Notes: a model not told the origin generated them from the letters alone. Shown: positions 20,807 to 30,717, counted from the first letter of the stretch. The stretch is DNA of 47,515 nt from Muribaculaceae bacterium (GCA_017536215.1 JAFXHY010000209.1:1-47515); one strand, 5' to 3'. Numbers and translations are program-made.

Positions 20807-22290
20807 AGCGAGAGCCTCTCTTGCGAGCGACACCCTGCGTCGGGTCAGGAACCTCGGTCAGCGGTGGCGGAACACGGGTGCGCCTAAGTTGCAGCCCCAT
20901 AAACAGGACGGCAGCATAATCAAAGGGGAAGACCGCCCATTTTCGTAGCTTTTTTTCTTTGATGTAAGGCAAGTGTCCCGTTCTTCACAGTAGCCCTTCG
21001 GGTGTCGGAGTCTGTAACACTCCATAGCATCGAGTTTTCGGCTCGTGCTGAGCCTATCGCATCTTTCAGAGTTGAAATCATCCTCTATGAAGCCTTCGTT
21101 GATGCCGTTGAAAGCACAGCCCAAACCATCGGCTCTTTATCGGGTCTACCCATCTGCGTGAGCCTTGCAGATTATTGGTGTCGCGCATCGAGCCGCAACG
21201 GTCTATCCACGGACGGCACCGCCGCCATTGTACTTGCCAACATTGTAAGTACCGACATAGAGTGTCGCTGATTTGTCTGCGCCGCTCTTGTTACTCCGGC
21301 ATCCTCGGTCGGGGTCAGTCGTTCCGCCTGTACGTGGCGGCTTCGCCACTCTCCGTGAGTCTTATTCCCTGCTTTCCATCTTTCATCTCCGTTTCCATTC
21401 TCCGGGTATCACTCCAGGCTCATTGTCATTTTTCCTGCACAAAGTTAGTAAGGTCATTCACCGGCGAAAGGGCAAGTTTGCACTCCGTGTTCCTCCGTTT
21501 TTCGCTTCGTTGCAAAACGGCAATCACCCTTGCGCCCTCGGTTCACTTTCGACCTCACTTTGGTTTGTTTGTAAAAATTAAAACAATGAACCATACGTTA
21601 AACCCATCAATTTCAACTACAATGAGATTACAATTCGGAGAACTCAACATCACTCCAAGAGTCGTGAACCGACTCCACGAACTGGACTTCACTGTCCCAG
21701 AACTCGAAGATGCCATCGCTGACCACAAGAGCAGCTGCGACGGCGAACCCTCTGTCTACGTCGGTACTTACGGCAAGTACAACAACGGCTCGCTCTGCGG
21801 CCTGTGGATTGACCTCAGCAGCTTCGACGACTACGACGATTTTATCAATTTCTGCAAGGCTATCCACGCCGACGAGGAAGACCCGGAGCTGATGGCTCAG
21901 GACTTCGAGTGCTTCCCACGGCAGTGGTACAACGAGGGATTCATGGACGAGGACGACTTCAACCATATCCTCGAATACTCTCAGATGTGCGACAAGCATG
22001 GCACAGAGGCCGTCGATGACTATATGGAGTATTACGACGACTTCGACAGCTTCGATGAAGCCTACTGCGGAGAATGGGACAGCGAAGAGGACTTCGCCCG
22101 TAGCATCATCGATGAGTGCTACGACATTGAAAAGTCAATGGGCAATCTCGCCAATTACTTCGATTACGAAGCCTTCGCTCGCGACCTGTTTATGTGGGAC
22201 TACAACATGGGCGCACACAATCACGTGTTCCGCCGCCTCTGACCCCTGACCCGACGACTTCGGGAGTCACTCGCAAGAGTGGCTCTCGCT
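20807..22290. repeat. Giant imperfect inverted repeat A (mirror of ardA)
   Basis: Reverse complement of about 20807-21477 matches about 21529-22290 in ordered blocks: GTCGGTACTTAC, GGCAAGTACAA, TCTGCAAGGCT, CCTGTTTATG, CGTGTTCCGCC, CCTGACCCGACG, CTCGCAAGAG.GGCTCTCGCT. Confidence 0.93.
21586..22242 (+). CDS. ardA: Antirestriction protein ArdA (acidic DNA mimic)
   Basis: VYVGTYGKYNNGSLCGLWIDL, YCGEWDSEEDFA, YFDYEAFARDL; very acidic; alternative start at 21622. Confidence 0.93.
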   Translation: MNHTLNPSISTTMRLQFGELNITPRVVNRLHELDFTVPELEDAIADHKSSCDGEPSVYVGTYGKYNNGSLCGLWIDLSSFDDYDDFINFCKAIHADEEDPELMAQDFECFPRQWYNEGFMDEDDFNHILEYSQMCDKHGTEAVDDYMEYYDDFDSFDEAYCGEWDSEEDFARSIIDECYDIEKSMGNLANYFDYEAFARDLFMWDYNMGAHNHVFRRL

Positions 22291-22297
22291 GCGTTGT

Positions 22298-23473
22298 TTA
22301 TGCTTTTCGAGGAGCTTTCCCTATAATATATCGCTTCGTTAAGTATTCATTTATTGCTTGAAGCGAATAATTATTTAGAGGAAGTTCATTTAGATTTTTA
22401 TATGTTTCTTCCGCAAACATTTCAGCTCTAACTTGTGCTTTGTTTGCTAATTGAAAAAAAGATTCTTCTTCTGTTTCACAGAGCCCTCCAGTTCCGTTTG
22501 GGACAAGACTCCCATGTTGATATAATTTCAAAGCATCTTTCCAAACACTTTCTACCATAATACCTAAATCATGTTCTGTTCCAACTTGGTAAGCCGCAAT
22601 ATAATTCCCAAATGTTTGAACAACTGGATTTACTCCAAAATGAATCATAGCAAATGGCTGTTGATAATGATAATATAAATCCCCTCGCAATGCAAAATCA
22701 TTTATAATATTTGCCAAACAATTGGCATAGCCTTCTCCATAATTAGTGATGTACCAATTAGACACTGCTATGCTTCTGCTTAAATATAAGTCTACAAGAG
22801 CAAGCATATCATATGCAGCAATACCATTTTCTTTTTCTGATAATTCAAACATTCCAGATAAACCAAGTAAATGTTGAAGTTCATAAAGAGCATCTGAACA
22901 TGATTGAATCCCTATTGGACTATGCCAATACGGATTTGTCATAGTAAATACAGGCTGTAAAGCCTTTAGTAAAAAACAAATGCCCTCTTTGTAGATTTTG
23001 GCATTTAAAAACATTTGAGCCAATTGGCTATTTATGTAGGGATGTTTACAATCAGTATATTTCTTTATATATGGAGAAAAATCAATTTTTTCATACGCAA
23101 TTTTCTCCGTAATAGTTTTATAATGTTGAATTTCTGTTCGGCGAAATTCATATTGAGGTCTGCCGTTTTCTTTTACTTTTGAATTGTTGTAATCTTTAAT
23201 AAATTCATGCAGTTCATTATCATCATCTAAATTCATATACTCATTTATTTGAGCATAAGAATATACACTATTTTTAGCTCGACCAAGGATTTCCTTCATC
23301 AAGTTTATACGCAACCGCTCCTCTGAATTTAATTCGGAGTTGTTACTATTATTAGCAATCCACTCACGTAAAGCTTGCTTCTTATCCGTTGTAGATATTA
23401 TTAGTTCCTCCAACTCAGGAAAGGAGGAAACTAAAAAAGCCAATCGTTCTGCATTTTGTCTTACTTCGTCCAT
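22298..23473 (-). CDS. AT-rich hypothetical cargo protein, paralogue of 36929
   Basis: Long AT-rich ORF with its own TAATTTTG promoter (23478-23485, - strand); shares WHSP.G and YLSRSIA with 36929. Confidence 0.8.
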   Translation of the reverse strand: MDEVRQNAERLAFLVSSFPELEELIISTTDKKQALREWIANNSNNSELNSEERLRINLMKEILGRAKNSVYSYAQINEYMNLDDDNELHEFIKDYNNSKVKENGRPQYEFRRTEIQHYKTITEKIAYEKIDFSPYIKKYTDCKHPYINSQLAQMFLNAKIYKEGICFLLKALQPVFTMTNPYWHSPIGIQSCSDALYELQHLLGLSGMFELSEKENGIAAYDMLALVDLYLSRSIAVSNWYITNYGEGYANCLANIINDFALRGDLYYHYQQPFAMIHFGVNPVVQTFGNYIAAYQVGTEHDLGIMVESVWKDALKLYQHGSLVPNGTGGLCETEEESFFQLANKAQVRAEMFAEETYKNLNELPLNNYSLQAINEYLTKRYIIGKAPRKA

Positions 23474-23508
23474 TGTGCAAAATTAGCGATTTTCTGCGAA
23501 AATACCTT

Positions 23509-23543
23509 GTCTTTTAAGGGCTAATTATATAGCGGTAATTTTG
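23509..23543 (+). promoter_or_regulatory. Candidate phage late promoter, copy 1
   Basis: GTCTTTT-N20-TAATTTTG upstream of the head protease. Confidence 0.75.
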
Positions 23544-23564
23544 GCATAGCAAAATTGATTTTCT

Positions 23565-24542
23565 ATGTCTAAAACCGCATACAACATCTCGCTCAAAGGG
23601 TACGTCGGAGGCTCTGACTTCGACCGCAAGACCGTTGACACAACCCTTGCTCAAAACGAGGGTAAGCGCGTCAATGTACTTATCGACAGCCTTGGCGGTT
23701 CTCTCGCCACCGGCTTGTCTATCTCATCGGCGTTCCGCAACCACGGCAATGTTGCTGTCCACTTCGTGGGACTCAATGCCTCGGCTGCAACCATCGCTTC
23801 GCTCGGTGCAGCGCATATCTCGATGGATGCCGGGGCTATGTATCTCGTGCATAAATGCTCAATGGCATTTTTTGAGTGGGGTTCGCTCAACAGCGACCAG
23901 TTCGCTACGCTCATTGCCGACTGTGAGAAGATTAAAGCCGACCTCGATAAGCTCGACCTTAATTGCGCCCAACTCTATGCCTCTCGCTGCAAACGCAAAA
24001 CGCAAGACCTGCTCGCCCTGATGAAAGTCGGAGGCTGGCTCTCGGCAAAGGAAGCCCTCGAATGGGGCTTTGTCGATGAAATCACCGACCTTGCCGACGA
24101 ACCGGCTCCCAAACTCACCGATGCTCTCGCTTCTGCGATGGCCTCAGAGGGTGTGCCGATACCGAACATTCCTGTTTCCGAGGCTGAAAAGGATTCAGCA
24201 TTCGTAAAATTTATCTCCGCTATTGCTTCGATATTCCAATCTAAACCCCATATCGATATTAAACAAGACGAACAACCCACCAACGACCAGTCGGCACGCA
24301 TCGCCGACCTCGAAGCGCAGCTTGCCGACAAGGACAAGACCATTGCCGACAAAGACGCTCTCATCGCTGACCGCGATAAGACCATCGCCGACCTGCAAGC
24401 CAAGCTCGACAAGAAACCGGCTGAGGACACCACGGCAGTCGTAGACGATGCCAAGCCCTCAGGCAACACCGACCCCAAGAACGATGTCGAGCAGTTTGTA
24501 GATACCTACAACTCTGCTCGCGCTCTCTACAACGAAGTATAA
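23565..24542 (+). CDS. ClpP-like prohead protease with coiled-coil (scaffold-like) tail
   Basis: IDSLGGS, GLNASAAT, LVHK, WLSAKEALEWGFVDEI; heptad repeats ADKDKTI/ADKDALI/ADRDKTI. Confidence 0.9.
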   Translation: MSKTAYNISLKGYVGGSDFDRKTVDTTLAQNEGKRVNVLIDSLGGSLATGLSISSAFRNHGNVAVHFVGLNASAATIASLGAAHISMDAGAMYLVHKCSMAFFEWGSLNSDQFATLIADCEKIKADLDKLDLNCAQLYASRCKRKTQDLLALMKVGGWLSAKEALEWGFVDEITDLADEPAPKLTDALASAMASEGVPIPNIPVSEAEKDSAFVKFISAIASIFQSKPHIDIKQDEQPTNDQSARIADLEAQLADKDKTIADKDALIADRDKTIADLQAKLDKKPAEDTTAVVDDAKPSGNTDPKNDVEQFVDTYNSARALYNEV

Positions 24543-24563
24543 ACCATAAAACCCTATACCACA

Positions 24564-25523
24564 ATGGCAGGTAAATTCTCATTCACTCTCCAAGAGTATC
24601 AGGAGGCAGCGGTCAAATACCGCCCCGACCTCCTTATGCTCCCGATTATCGGCATCGGCGATACGCTCCAGTTTATGACCGGTCGCCCCGGCATCCGATA
24701 CAAGGAGCGCGTCGGCAACCTCACAGGTGATGCACAGTTCGCTCCATACAATCCCCAACGTGCCGTGGACTACAACCTCGGCATCGAGTTCCGCGACCTC
24801 GAAACCTACTTCGGCTCTGTTGTCGCCAACTTCGAGCCGAACAGCGCAATCTCTACATTACTCGGTACGGGCGCAACCAAAGGTGACGGTCAGATGACTA
24901 CACCCACCGCTCGCCACGTCCTCGCCAAGATTGCCAAGAACCTTTCCGAACATCTCAACGATGCCGTTTGGAACGGCAAGCGCAACGCCGCCGGTGATAC
25001 CACCGCCGACCTTTTCGACGGCTTCGACACGATTACCGAAAAGGAAATCGCCAATGGTGCTATCGCTGAAGCCGAGGGCAACTACATGAAGTTCACCGAC
25101 GCGATTACTCCGGCTAATGCCGTTGACATCGCCAAGGAAATTCTGTTCTCGCTCGACCCGCGCCTGAGAAGTCAGGACTTGTATCTCTATTGCTCACAGG
25201 ACTTCGTCGACAAGTACAACGAAGGCTACCTGCTCACTCACGGCGGCATACCGTACAACACGCAGTACGGACAGCAAGCCGTTGAAGGCTCTAACGGCAA
25301 GCTGAAATTCTGCCCCCTCTACAACAAGGCAGGCTCGAAGTTCATGCACGTTACCACCAAGGCAAATATGCTCGTCGGTTACGACCAGATGGGCGATGTG
25401 GAAAACGTGATGGTGAAAGAGTATGCTCCTTTCATCCTCTCGTACATCGCCACTATGTTCTTCGGTGTGCAGTTTGAAACGCTCGACAAACGCCGTTTCA
25501 AAACCATTGAAATCACGGTGTAA
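24564..25523 (+). CDS. Major capsid protein (probable HK97 fold)
   Basis: Follows the protease; 319 aa; AVWNG...DLFDGFDT motif typical of capsids. Confidence 0.75.
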   Translation: MAGKFSFTLQEYQEAAVKYRPDLLMLPIIGIGDTLQFMTGRPGIRYKERVGNLTGDAQFAPYNPQRAVDYNLGIEFRDLETYFGSVVANFEPNSAISTLLGTGATKGDGQMTTPTARHVLAKIAKNLSEHLNDAVWNGKRNAAGDTTADLFDGFDTITEKEIANGAIAEAEGNYMKFTDAITPANAVDIAKEILFSLDPRLRSQDLYLYCSQDFVDKYNEGYLLTHGGIPYNTQYGQQAVEGSNGKLKFCPLYNKAGSKFMHVTTKANMLVGYDQMGDVENVMVKEYAPFILSYIATMFFGVQFETLDKRRFKTIEITV

Positions 25524-25561
25524 TTTCTCTCACCTTTTACCCTTTACCTCATACCTAAGTT

Positions 25562-26149
25562 ATGGCTTCTAAATGTACCTCTATACAGAAATCGCTCGGT
25601 TGGTGCCAAGGCACCCCCGAGCTTCCCGGTGTCTAACGCCGCATCTACTACCTCGCCAAGAGCGAGATTGTGGCGTTTCCACAACTCCCTCGTGATGAAC
25701 TCGGTCGTGCCACTTCCGCTATCCTTGCCGGTGACTTCACACTTGCCGCTGATGCCAAGTGGAAGTATATCGACATCCTCCCAGACAAGTCGCAGTTGAC
25801 CTCCGAGGCTCAGGGCGAATTGCCCTCGCAGACGCAGCTCAACAAACTCACTGCCGTTCACCCCGGAGTCGGTGCTGATGCGTCAGCCGCTGCTGCCTAC
25901 ATCAACAACACCGACAACGTGTTTGTCGTGGAAGATATGAAAGGCAATCACCGTGTCCTCGGCAACGACAAGTGGAACACGAAAGCCACTGTCGCCCAGG
26001 ATTTGGGTCAGGGTGCCACCGGCACGACCTCGACCACAATCTCCGTCGAGGCTACCGACGAAGTGCCTGCGCCCTTCTATGTCGGCACTCTCGAAACCGA
26101 GGACGGCGATATTGACTGCTCCGCTACCGGCACAGTCAAGAAAGCGTAA
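25562..26149 (+). pseudogene. Probable virion structural protein (tail-tube-like) with an in-frame TAA at 25634-25636
   Basis: MASKCTSIQKSLGWCQGTPELPGV*RRIYYLAKSEIV continues in frame into the 25670-26149 ORF. Confidence 0.7.
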
Positions 26150-26172
26150 CCGCCAATTCTCTGCATAACCCT

Positions 26173-26844
26173 ATGGATAGAGCCGTCAGGAAAGGAGCAA
26201 TCGCGTTGGACGAGATGTTGAACGACATCGAAGTGCCTTCGCTCGACGTTCCCGACCTCGACGGCTCTTTTGTTCCGACCGGCGAAGCCAAAGACCTGTT
26301 CGCCGAGAAGAAGCGAGCGGCATGGAAAGATGTGCAACAGGCAGAAGCCCGTTGCGACTTCGCCCCCAATAAGGTGCGCATTTCCTACCGCAATCCGGCT
26401 TTCGGAATAATCTCGCTCTGGAAAAAATCTATTTATGGACGCACTCTCACAGAAATAAAATCTGATGAGAGTATGGTGGAGAAATTTGCCGAAGGCATGA
26501 ACACCCTTATCCGGCAAATTCTCGGTCACTCGCTCGCGTCAGGCGACTGGTGCATCGTAACCTCGCCCAAGCGCAGACACAAGACACAGAACTTTGCCTC
26601 GATGATCTCAGCGAAACTCGGAGAACTTCTCGGCATACCGTTCTATGAAGACCTTGCCGAGTGCCACTCCAAGCATCGTGTCGGGGCTGTCTTTACCTTT
26701 GGAAAAGAACCGCCCAAAGAAAGTAACATCATCGTCTTTGACGATTTCGTCACCACCGGCGCCACAATGATTTCAATGCGCGAGCTGCTAATGCCACTCG
26801 GCAAAAATCTTGTGTTTTTCACCGGAATAAACAACAAACTTTGA
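26173..26844 (+). CDS. Phosphoribosyltransferase-fold (ComF-like) protein
   Basis: PRPP-binding loop IIVFDDFVTTGATM. Confidence 0.75.
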   Translation: MDRAVRKGAIALDEMLNDIEVPSLDVPDLDGSFVPTGEAKDLFAEKKRAAWKDVQQAEARCDFAPNKVRISYRNPAFGIISLWKKSIYGRTLTEIKSDESMVEKFAEGMNTLIRQILGHSLASGDWCIVTSPKRRHKTQNFASMISAKLGELLGIPFYEDLAECHSKHRVGAVFTFGKEPPKESNIIVFDDFVTTGATMISMRELLMPLGKNLVFFTGINNKL

Positions 26845-26875
26845 CCCCTGCGACCAAAATAATTTTGACCCCTCT

Positions 26876-27493
26876 ATGGATAATAAATTCACTGAACTAA
26901 TCGGACAATGGCTGCAAACGCCCGAAGCGGAGCGCGACTACACCATAGGCGCACTCTATCTGCTGAAACTCTCCGGCAATCAAATCATGTATCGCAACAT
27001 TGTTGCTCAACTTGACCGCCGCCACGATGTCGTGGAGTATCAGCTTCAGAAATACTACAATTTCCGCGTTCAGGCTCTGACACACGCCCAAGTTGAGGAA
27101 ATGTCGGCACAAGTCGAACAGATTGTTGCCGACCATATTCCACTTGCCACCGAAGCCGACAAGCAACCGCAGAAAGGCAAGCGAGCCGACCACGACTCTT
27201 TGCCGGACGACATCAAGGCTCGCTACGTTGAGAACCTTTCGCTTCTACAACGTATGCGCGAGCTGCATCTGCGCCTCCGCTCGCTCTCGCTTGACAACGC
27301 TCCATGCCCGGATTCCGAGCGTTATCCGTTCTTGAAAGAACTTATATCGCTCGACAAGAAACTTCATGCCAACTGGGAGGCATACGACCACTATGTCGCA
27401 CCAAGCCCCGATGCCGTTCCCTCGCGTCCGGCTAAGACCGTCCGTTCCGCCGCAGGTGCTAAGAATACCACCAAGAAGTCTGCGAAGAAATGA
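26876..27493 (+). CDS. Hypothetical phage protein
   Basis: Helical ORF, translationally coupled to the next gene. Confidence 0.75.
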   Translation: MDNKFTELIGQWLQTPEAERDYTIGALYLLKLSGNQIMYRNIVAQLDRRHDVVEYQLQKYYNFRVQALTHAQVEEMSAQVEQIVADHIPLATEADKQPQKGKRADHDSLPDDIKARYVENLSLLQRMRELHLRLRSLSLDNAPCPDSERYPFLKELISLDKKLHANWEAYDHYVAPSPDAVPSRPAKTVRSAAGAKNTTKKSAKK

Positions 27494-28011
27494 AACGCAC
27501 TGCCAACATTGACCAAATCCTTCGTCCGTTGAAAGTAACGCCATATCAGGCTTATCTTTCAAATGCCGTGCAGGTTGCCGACATCCTCGAATGGATATTG
27601 GCACAAGTCGGCATTGCTGAAGTTTGGCAGACTTCTTTCTCTATCTCCGAGGAGTTTTTGCGACGGCTCTATTTTATCACCAAGGATAAAAAGGTCAGTC
27701 GCATCAACCTTGTTCTCGACCACAAGGCTACGAACAAGACACTCAAACTTTGGGCGTTCATCACCCAAGTTATTGAGCGTACCTATCTTGCAGATAACCA
27801 CAGCAAGATATTACTCGTCCAGTCCGAGCGAGGCGACACGGTAAGTGTTATCACCTCGCAAAACCTGACACGAGGCAACCGCCACGAGTCAGCTTTTATC
27901 TCCACCGACCCGGCGATCTTCGCGACGCTTAAAGCGCAGGTCGATGATTTAATCACCAATCATTCAGTGCCGCTCCATGACCTATTCCGACAACGACTTG
28001 ACGCAGATTGA
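27490..28011 (+). CDS. Phospholipase D-fold nuclease-like protein
   Basis: NHSKILLV...TSQNLT (HxK...S-x-N variant of the HKD motif). Confidence 0.65.
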   Translation: MKRTANIDQILRPLKVTPYQAYLSNAVQVADILEWILAQVGIAEVWQTSFSISEEFLRRLYFITKDKKVSRINLVLDHKATNKTLKLWAFITQVIERTYLADNHSKILLVQSERGDTVSVITSQNLTRGNRHESAFISTDPAIFATLKAQVDDLITNHSVPLHDLFRQRLDAD

Positions 28012-28252
28012 AAAATTCGCGTCCATATATTTGAAGATTTCTGACATCGCCGTAATACTCGATATTCCGGCTGATGTACTACGCAACGACATCGCGGACA
28101 GAAGCACCGAGGTATCGAAAGCCTACCGACGCGGCAAAGCCGCCTCGAAAGTCAAGCTACATTCTCAGGAAATGATGCTTGCGCAGGTAGGCTCGCCCCT
28201 CGCCATCGAAAACGCCCACCGCAACTTACTTGACATGGAAGACGATGAGTAA
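27977..28252 (+). CDS. Hypothetical small HTH-like protein
   Basis: KISDIAVILDIPADVL; overlaps both neighbours. Confidence 0.65.
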   Translation: MTYSDNDLTQIEKFASIYLKISDIAVILDIPADVLRNDIADRSTEVSKAYRRGKAASKVKLHSQEMMLAQVGSPLAIENAHRNLLDMEDDE

Positions 28253-28886
28253 CCCGTCCACGCTCGATATTTGCAAGCAATACCTTTTCTCCTCTGTCGA
28301 GGACATCAAGGCGCAGTTCAACAGCGATGCCGTTGTTGAGCGCGTTTTGCGTGTCCGTGACCTCTATATGTGGCGGCTCTCCAATCCCGACTCCTCCGAC
28401 CGAGATTTTATCTCCGAGTTCAAATCTCGCTATCCTATGGGCAAGAACGCAGCCCAAGAGTATCTGCGCATCGTCAACGCTCTGTTGCCGATGCTGTCGG
28501 AGAAGTCGCGTGAGTTCCACCGTTGGCGGTACAACGAGATGATTATGGAGACCTACCAAATGGCAAAGGCGCGTAAGGACACAAAGACTATGGAACGTGC
28601 CGCCACTTCCTACGGCAAGCTCAACAAGGTTGATGCCGAGGATGTTCAAGCTGTGCCGTTCCACCTGATTGTCGTGCAGCCGTTTGTCGCTACCGACGAC
28701 CCCTCTGTCCTCGGCATAAAGCCGATACCCGGCATCGAGGACAAAATCAAGGCTATGCTCGACAAGTATTCGGCTGAAACTCTCGACATCGAGGATGTGG
28801 AGTTTGAGGAAGCCGATTTGGAAGAAGACGAACTTTTTGCACCTTACACTGATGGAAACAGCGGAGAAGAAACGAATATACTTTAA
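28245..28886 (+). CDS. Putative terminase small subunit
   Basis: Immediately upstream of and overlapping terL; acidic C-terminus. Confidence 0.5.
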   Translation: MSNPSTLDICKQYLFSSVEDIKAQFNSDAVVERVLRVRDLYMWRLSNPDSSDRDFISEFKSRYPMGKNAAQEYLRIVNALLPMLSEKSREFHRWRYNEMIMETYQMAKARKDTKTMERAATSYGKLNKVDAEDVQAVPFHLIVVQPFVATDDPSVLGIKPIPGIEDKIKAMLDKYSAETLDIEDVEFEEADLEEDELFAPYTDGNSGEETNIL

Positions 28887-30504
28887 CAAGCCCCAACGCC
28901 TGACGCAGCTTATCGGCGCGAACACCACCGTTATTGTCGCAGGGCGACGCACCGGCAAAACGGACAGCATAGCTGCTCCGTTTGTTCTGCGCAATATGCA
29001 GCGTATGCCCGGCTCTACCGGCGGCATCGTCGTGCCGACTTTCAAACACGGTTTGACGAACACCATCCCCGGACTGCTCGCCGCTTGGAAACGCTGGGGC
29101 TACATCGAGGGTGTGCATTATGTGGTCGGTAAGAAACCGCTCAAATCCTTTGCGCGGCCAATTACCGAGCCTAACGACTACGAACACGTTATCTCTTTCT
29201 ATAATGGCTCTATCGCCATTATCATCTCGCAAGACCGCCCCGGCTCGTCCAACTCGCTGACCCTGTCGTGGCTTCTCGTCGACGAGGCGAAGTTCATCAA
29301 TTACGACAAGCTCAAAGATGAAACGCTCCCGGCCAACGGCGGCATCAAGTCGTACTTCGGCAAGCACTCCTTTAATCACTCTATAATGATACTGAGTGAT
29401 ATGCCGCAAACCAAGAAAGGCTCGTGGTTTCTCCACTACCGCGAGAAGATGGACTCCGACCTTATCGCTACAATAGAGGGAACGGTTTACGAGATATGGC
29501 GCATCAAAGACCGCATACGGCAGATGCGCTCCAAGGGTGAGCATATCCCCGATTACCTGAAAGGCAAACTGCGCAAGCTCGACCGGCAACTCAATCAGTT
29601 GCGGTCGGTCGCTGTCTACTATAAAGAATACAGCAGCATCGAGAACTTGCAACTTCTCGGAGAGAACTACATAAAGCAGATGAAGCGCGACCTCACGCCG
29701 CTTACGTTCCAAACCTCAATCCTTTGCCGACGCATAGGCATTGCCAAAGATGGTTTCTATTCCTCGATGCGTGAGGGTCACAAGTACGACGGCAACAACA
29801 ACGAATACCTCGAAAGTCTCGGTCTCGATGTTGCTCTACGTCACCCCGACATTGTGGAAACCATGTCGTCGCTCGCCGATGGCGATGTTGACCCCGACGC
29901 GCCTATCTGCATCGGCATGGACTACAATGCAAATATAAACTGGATTGTAGCCGGACAGCCTCGCGACCGTCGACTCAATGTGATTAAGTCATTCTACGTC
30001 AAGTTTGAGCGTAAGATACCGGCACTCATAGAGGACTTCTGCCGCTATTATGCCTCGCACCGCAACAAAACCGTTGTGTTTTATTACGATGCCACGGCTC
30101 TCGGCTCAAACTATGCCGTCAACGAACAGGATTTCCGTTGGGTGGTAGTCCACGAGTTCGAGCGGCAGGGATGGCGTTGCGAGGCAGTGTACCTCGGAAA
30201 CCCGATGCGACACGATGAAAAGTACCTGCTCATCAACCAAGGCTTCGCAGGTAAGCAACGCCTGATGCCATTTTTCAACCGCTCGAACAACGAGGACTTG
30301 ATTCTCGCTATCCAGTCCGCCGGTGTCAGCCGTGGACGCAACGGCTTCCGCAAAGACAAGTCCGGCGAAAAGCTTGCCGAAAGTGAGGAGGATTTATTGG
30401 AGCATCGCACAGATGGTACAGATGCTTTTGACACGCTGTATATAGGTTGCGAGAAGTTCCCTTATAGGGATACTTTCACATTGCCAACAGCGGGCATCAT
30501 ATAA
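28852..30504 (+). CDS. terL: Terminase large subunit
   Basis: Walker A AGRRTGKT, Walker B LLVDEAK, RNase H-like IGMDYN and DGTDAFD. Confidence 0.88.
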   Translation: METAEKKRIYFNKPQRLTQLIGANTTVIVAGRRTGKTDSIAAPFVLRNMQRMPGSTGGIVVPTFKHGLTNTIPGLLAAWKRWGYIEGVHYVVGKKPLKSFARPITEPNDYEHVISFYNGSIAIIISQDRPGSSNSLTLSWLLVDEAKFINYDKLKDETLPANGGIKSYFGKHSFNHSIMILSDMPQTKKGSWFLHYREKMDSDLIATIEGTVYEIWRIKDRIRQMRSKGEHIPDYLKGKLRKLDRQLNQLRSVAVYYKEYSSIENLQLLGENYIKQMKRDLTPLTFQTSILCRRIGIAKDGFYSSMREGHKYDGNNNEYLESLGLDVALRHPDIVETMSSLADGDVDPDAPICIGMDYNANINWIVAGQPRDRRLNVIKSFYVKFERKIPALIEDFCRYYASHRNKTVVFYYDATALGSNYAVNEQDFRWVVVHEFERQGWRCEAVYLGNPMRHDEKYLLINQGFAGKQRLMPFFNRSNNEDLILAIQSAGVSRGRNGFRKDKSGEKLAESEEDLLEHRTDGTDAFDTLYIGCEKFPYRDTFTLPTAGII

Positions 30505-30554
30505 ATCCTCTGAGTCCGAAGTTATCGGCTTGCCGCTTTGCTCCGCAAAGAACA

Positions 30555-30665
30555 CTCCTCGAACACCGCACCGACGGCACCGATGCCTTCGATACTCTCT
30601 ACATCGGTTGCGAGAAATTCCCATACCACGATTCTTTTTCGCTGTCTACGAGCGGAGTTTTATAG
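30555..30665 (+). pseudogene. Orphan second copy of the terL 3' end (37 codons)
   Basis: Reads LLEHRTDGTDAFDTLYIGCEKFPYHDSFSLSTSGVL* versus LLEHRTDGTDAFDTLYIGCEKFPYRDTFTLPTAGII* at 30394-30504. Confidence 0.92.
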
Positions 30666-30717
30666 TTTGGCTATCACAATATTATTTTGTAATTTTGTGA
30701 TTATCAAACTTCAGTTT

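Noticed and set aside
20703-21581. Short ORFs in the mirror arms (also 38007-38765, 38877-39850 and 44701-44950)
   Set aside because: They have no start context and atypical composition. Occasional peptide echoes (NEGFIEDDFN, FDYAA) are by-products of mirroring.
21175-21585. 137-aa N-terminal extension of ArdA in the ORF track
   Set aside because: It runs through the mirror arm and hairpin loop. The A-rich start context and the ArdA-like sequence begin at 21586/21622.
20807-22290. Mirror as a DGR template repeat or an invertible shufflon
   Set aside because: The copies are inverted and indel-rich, differences are not adenine-specific, and no reverse transcriptase or dedicated invertase is present in the window.
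30538-30717. N-terminal extension of the lipoprotein ORF
   Set aside because: It is an off-frame reading of the duplicated terL tail. The signal peptide starts at 30718.
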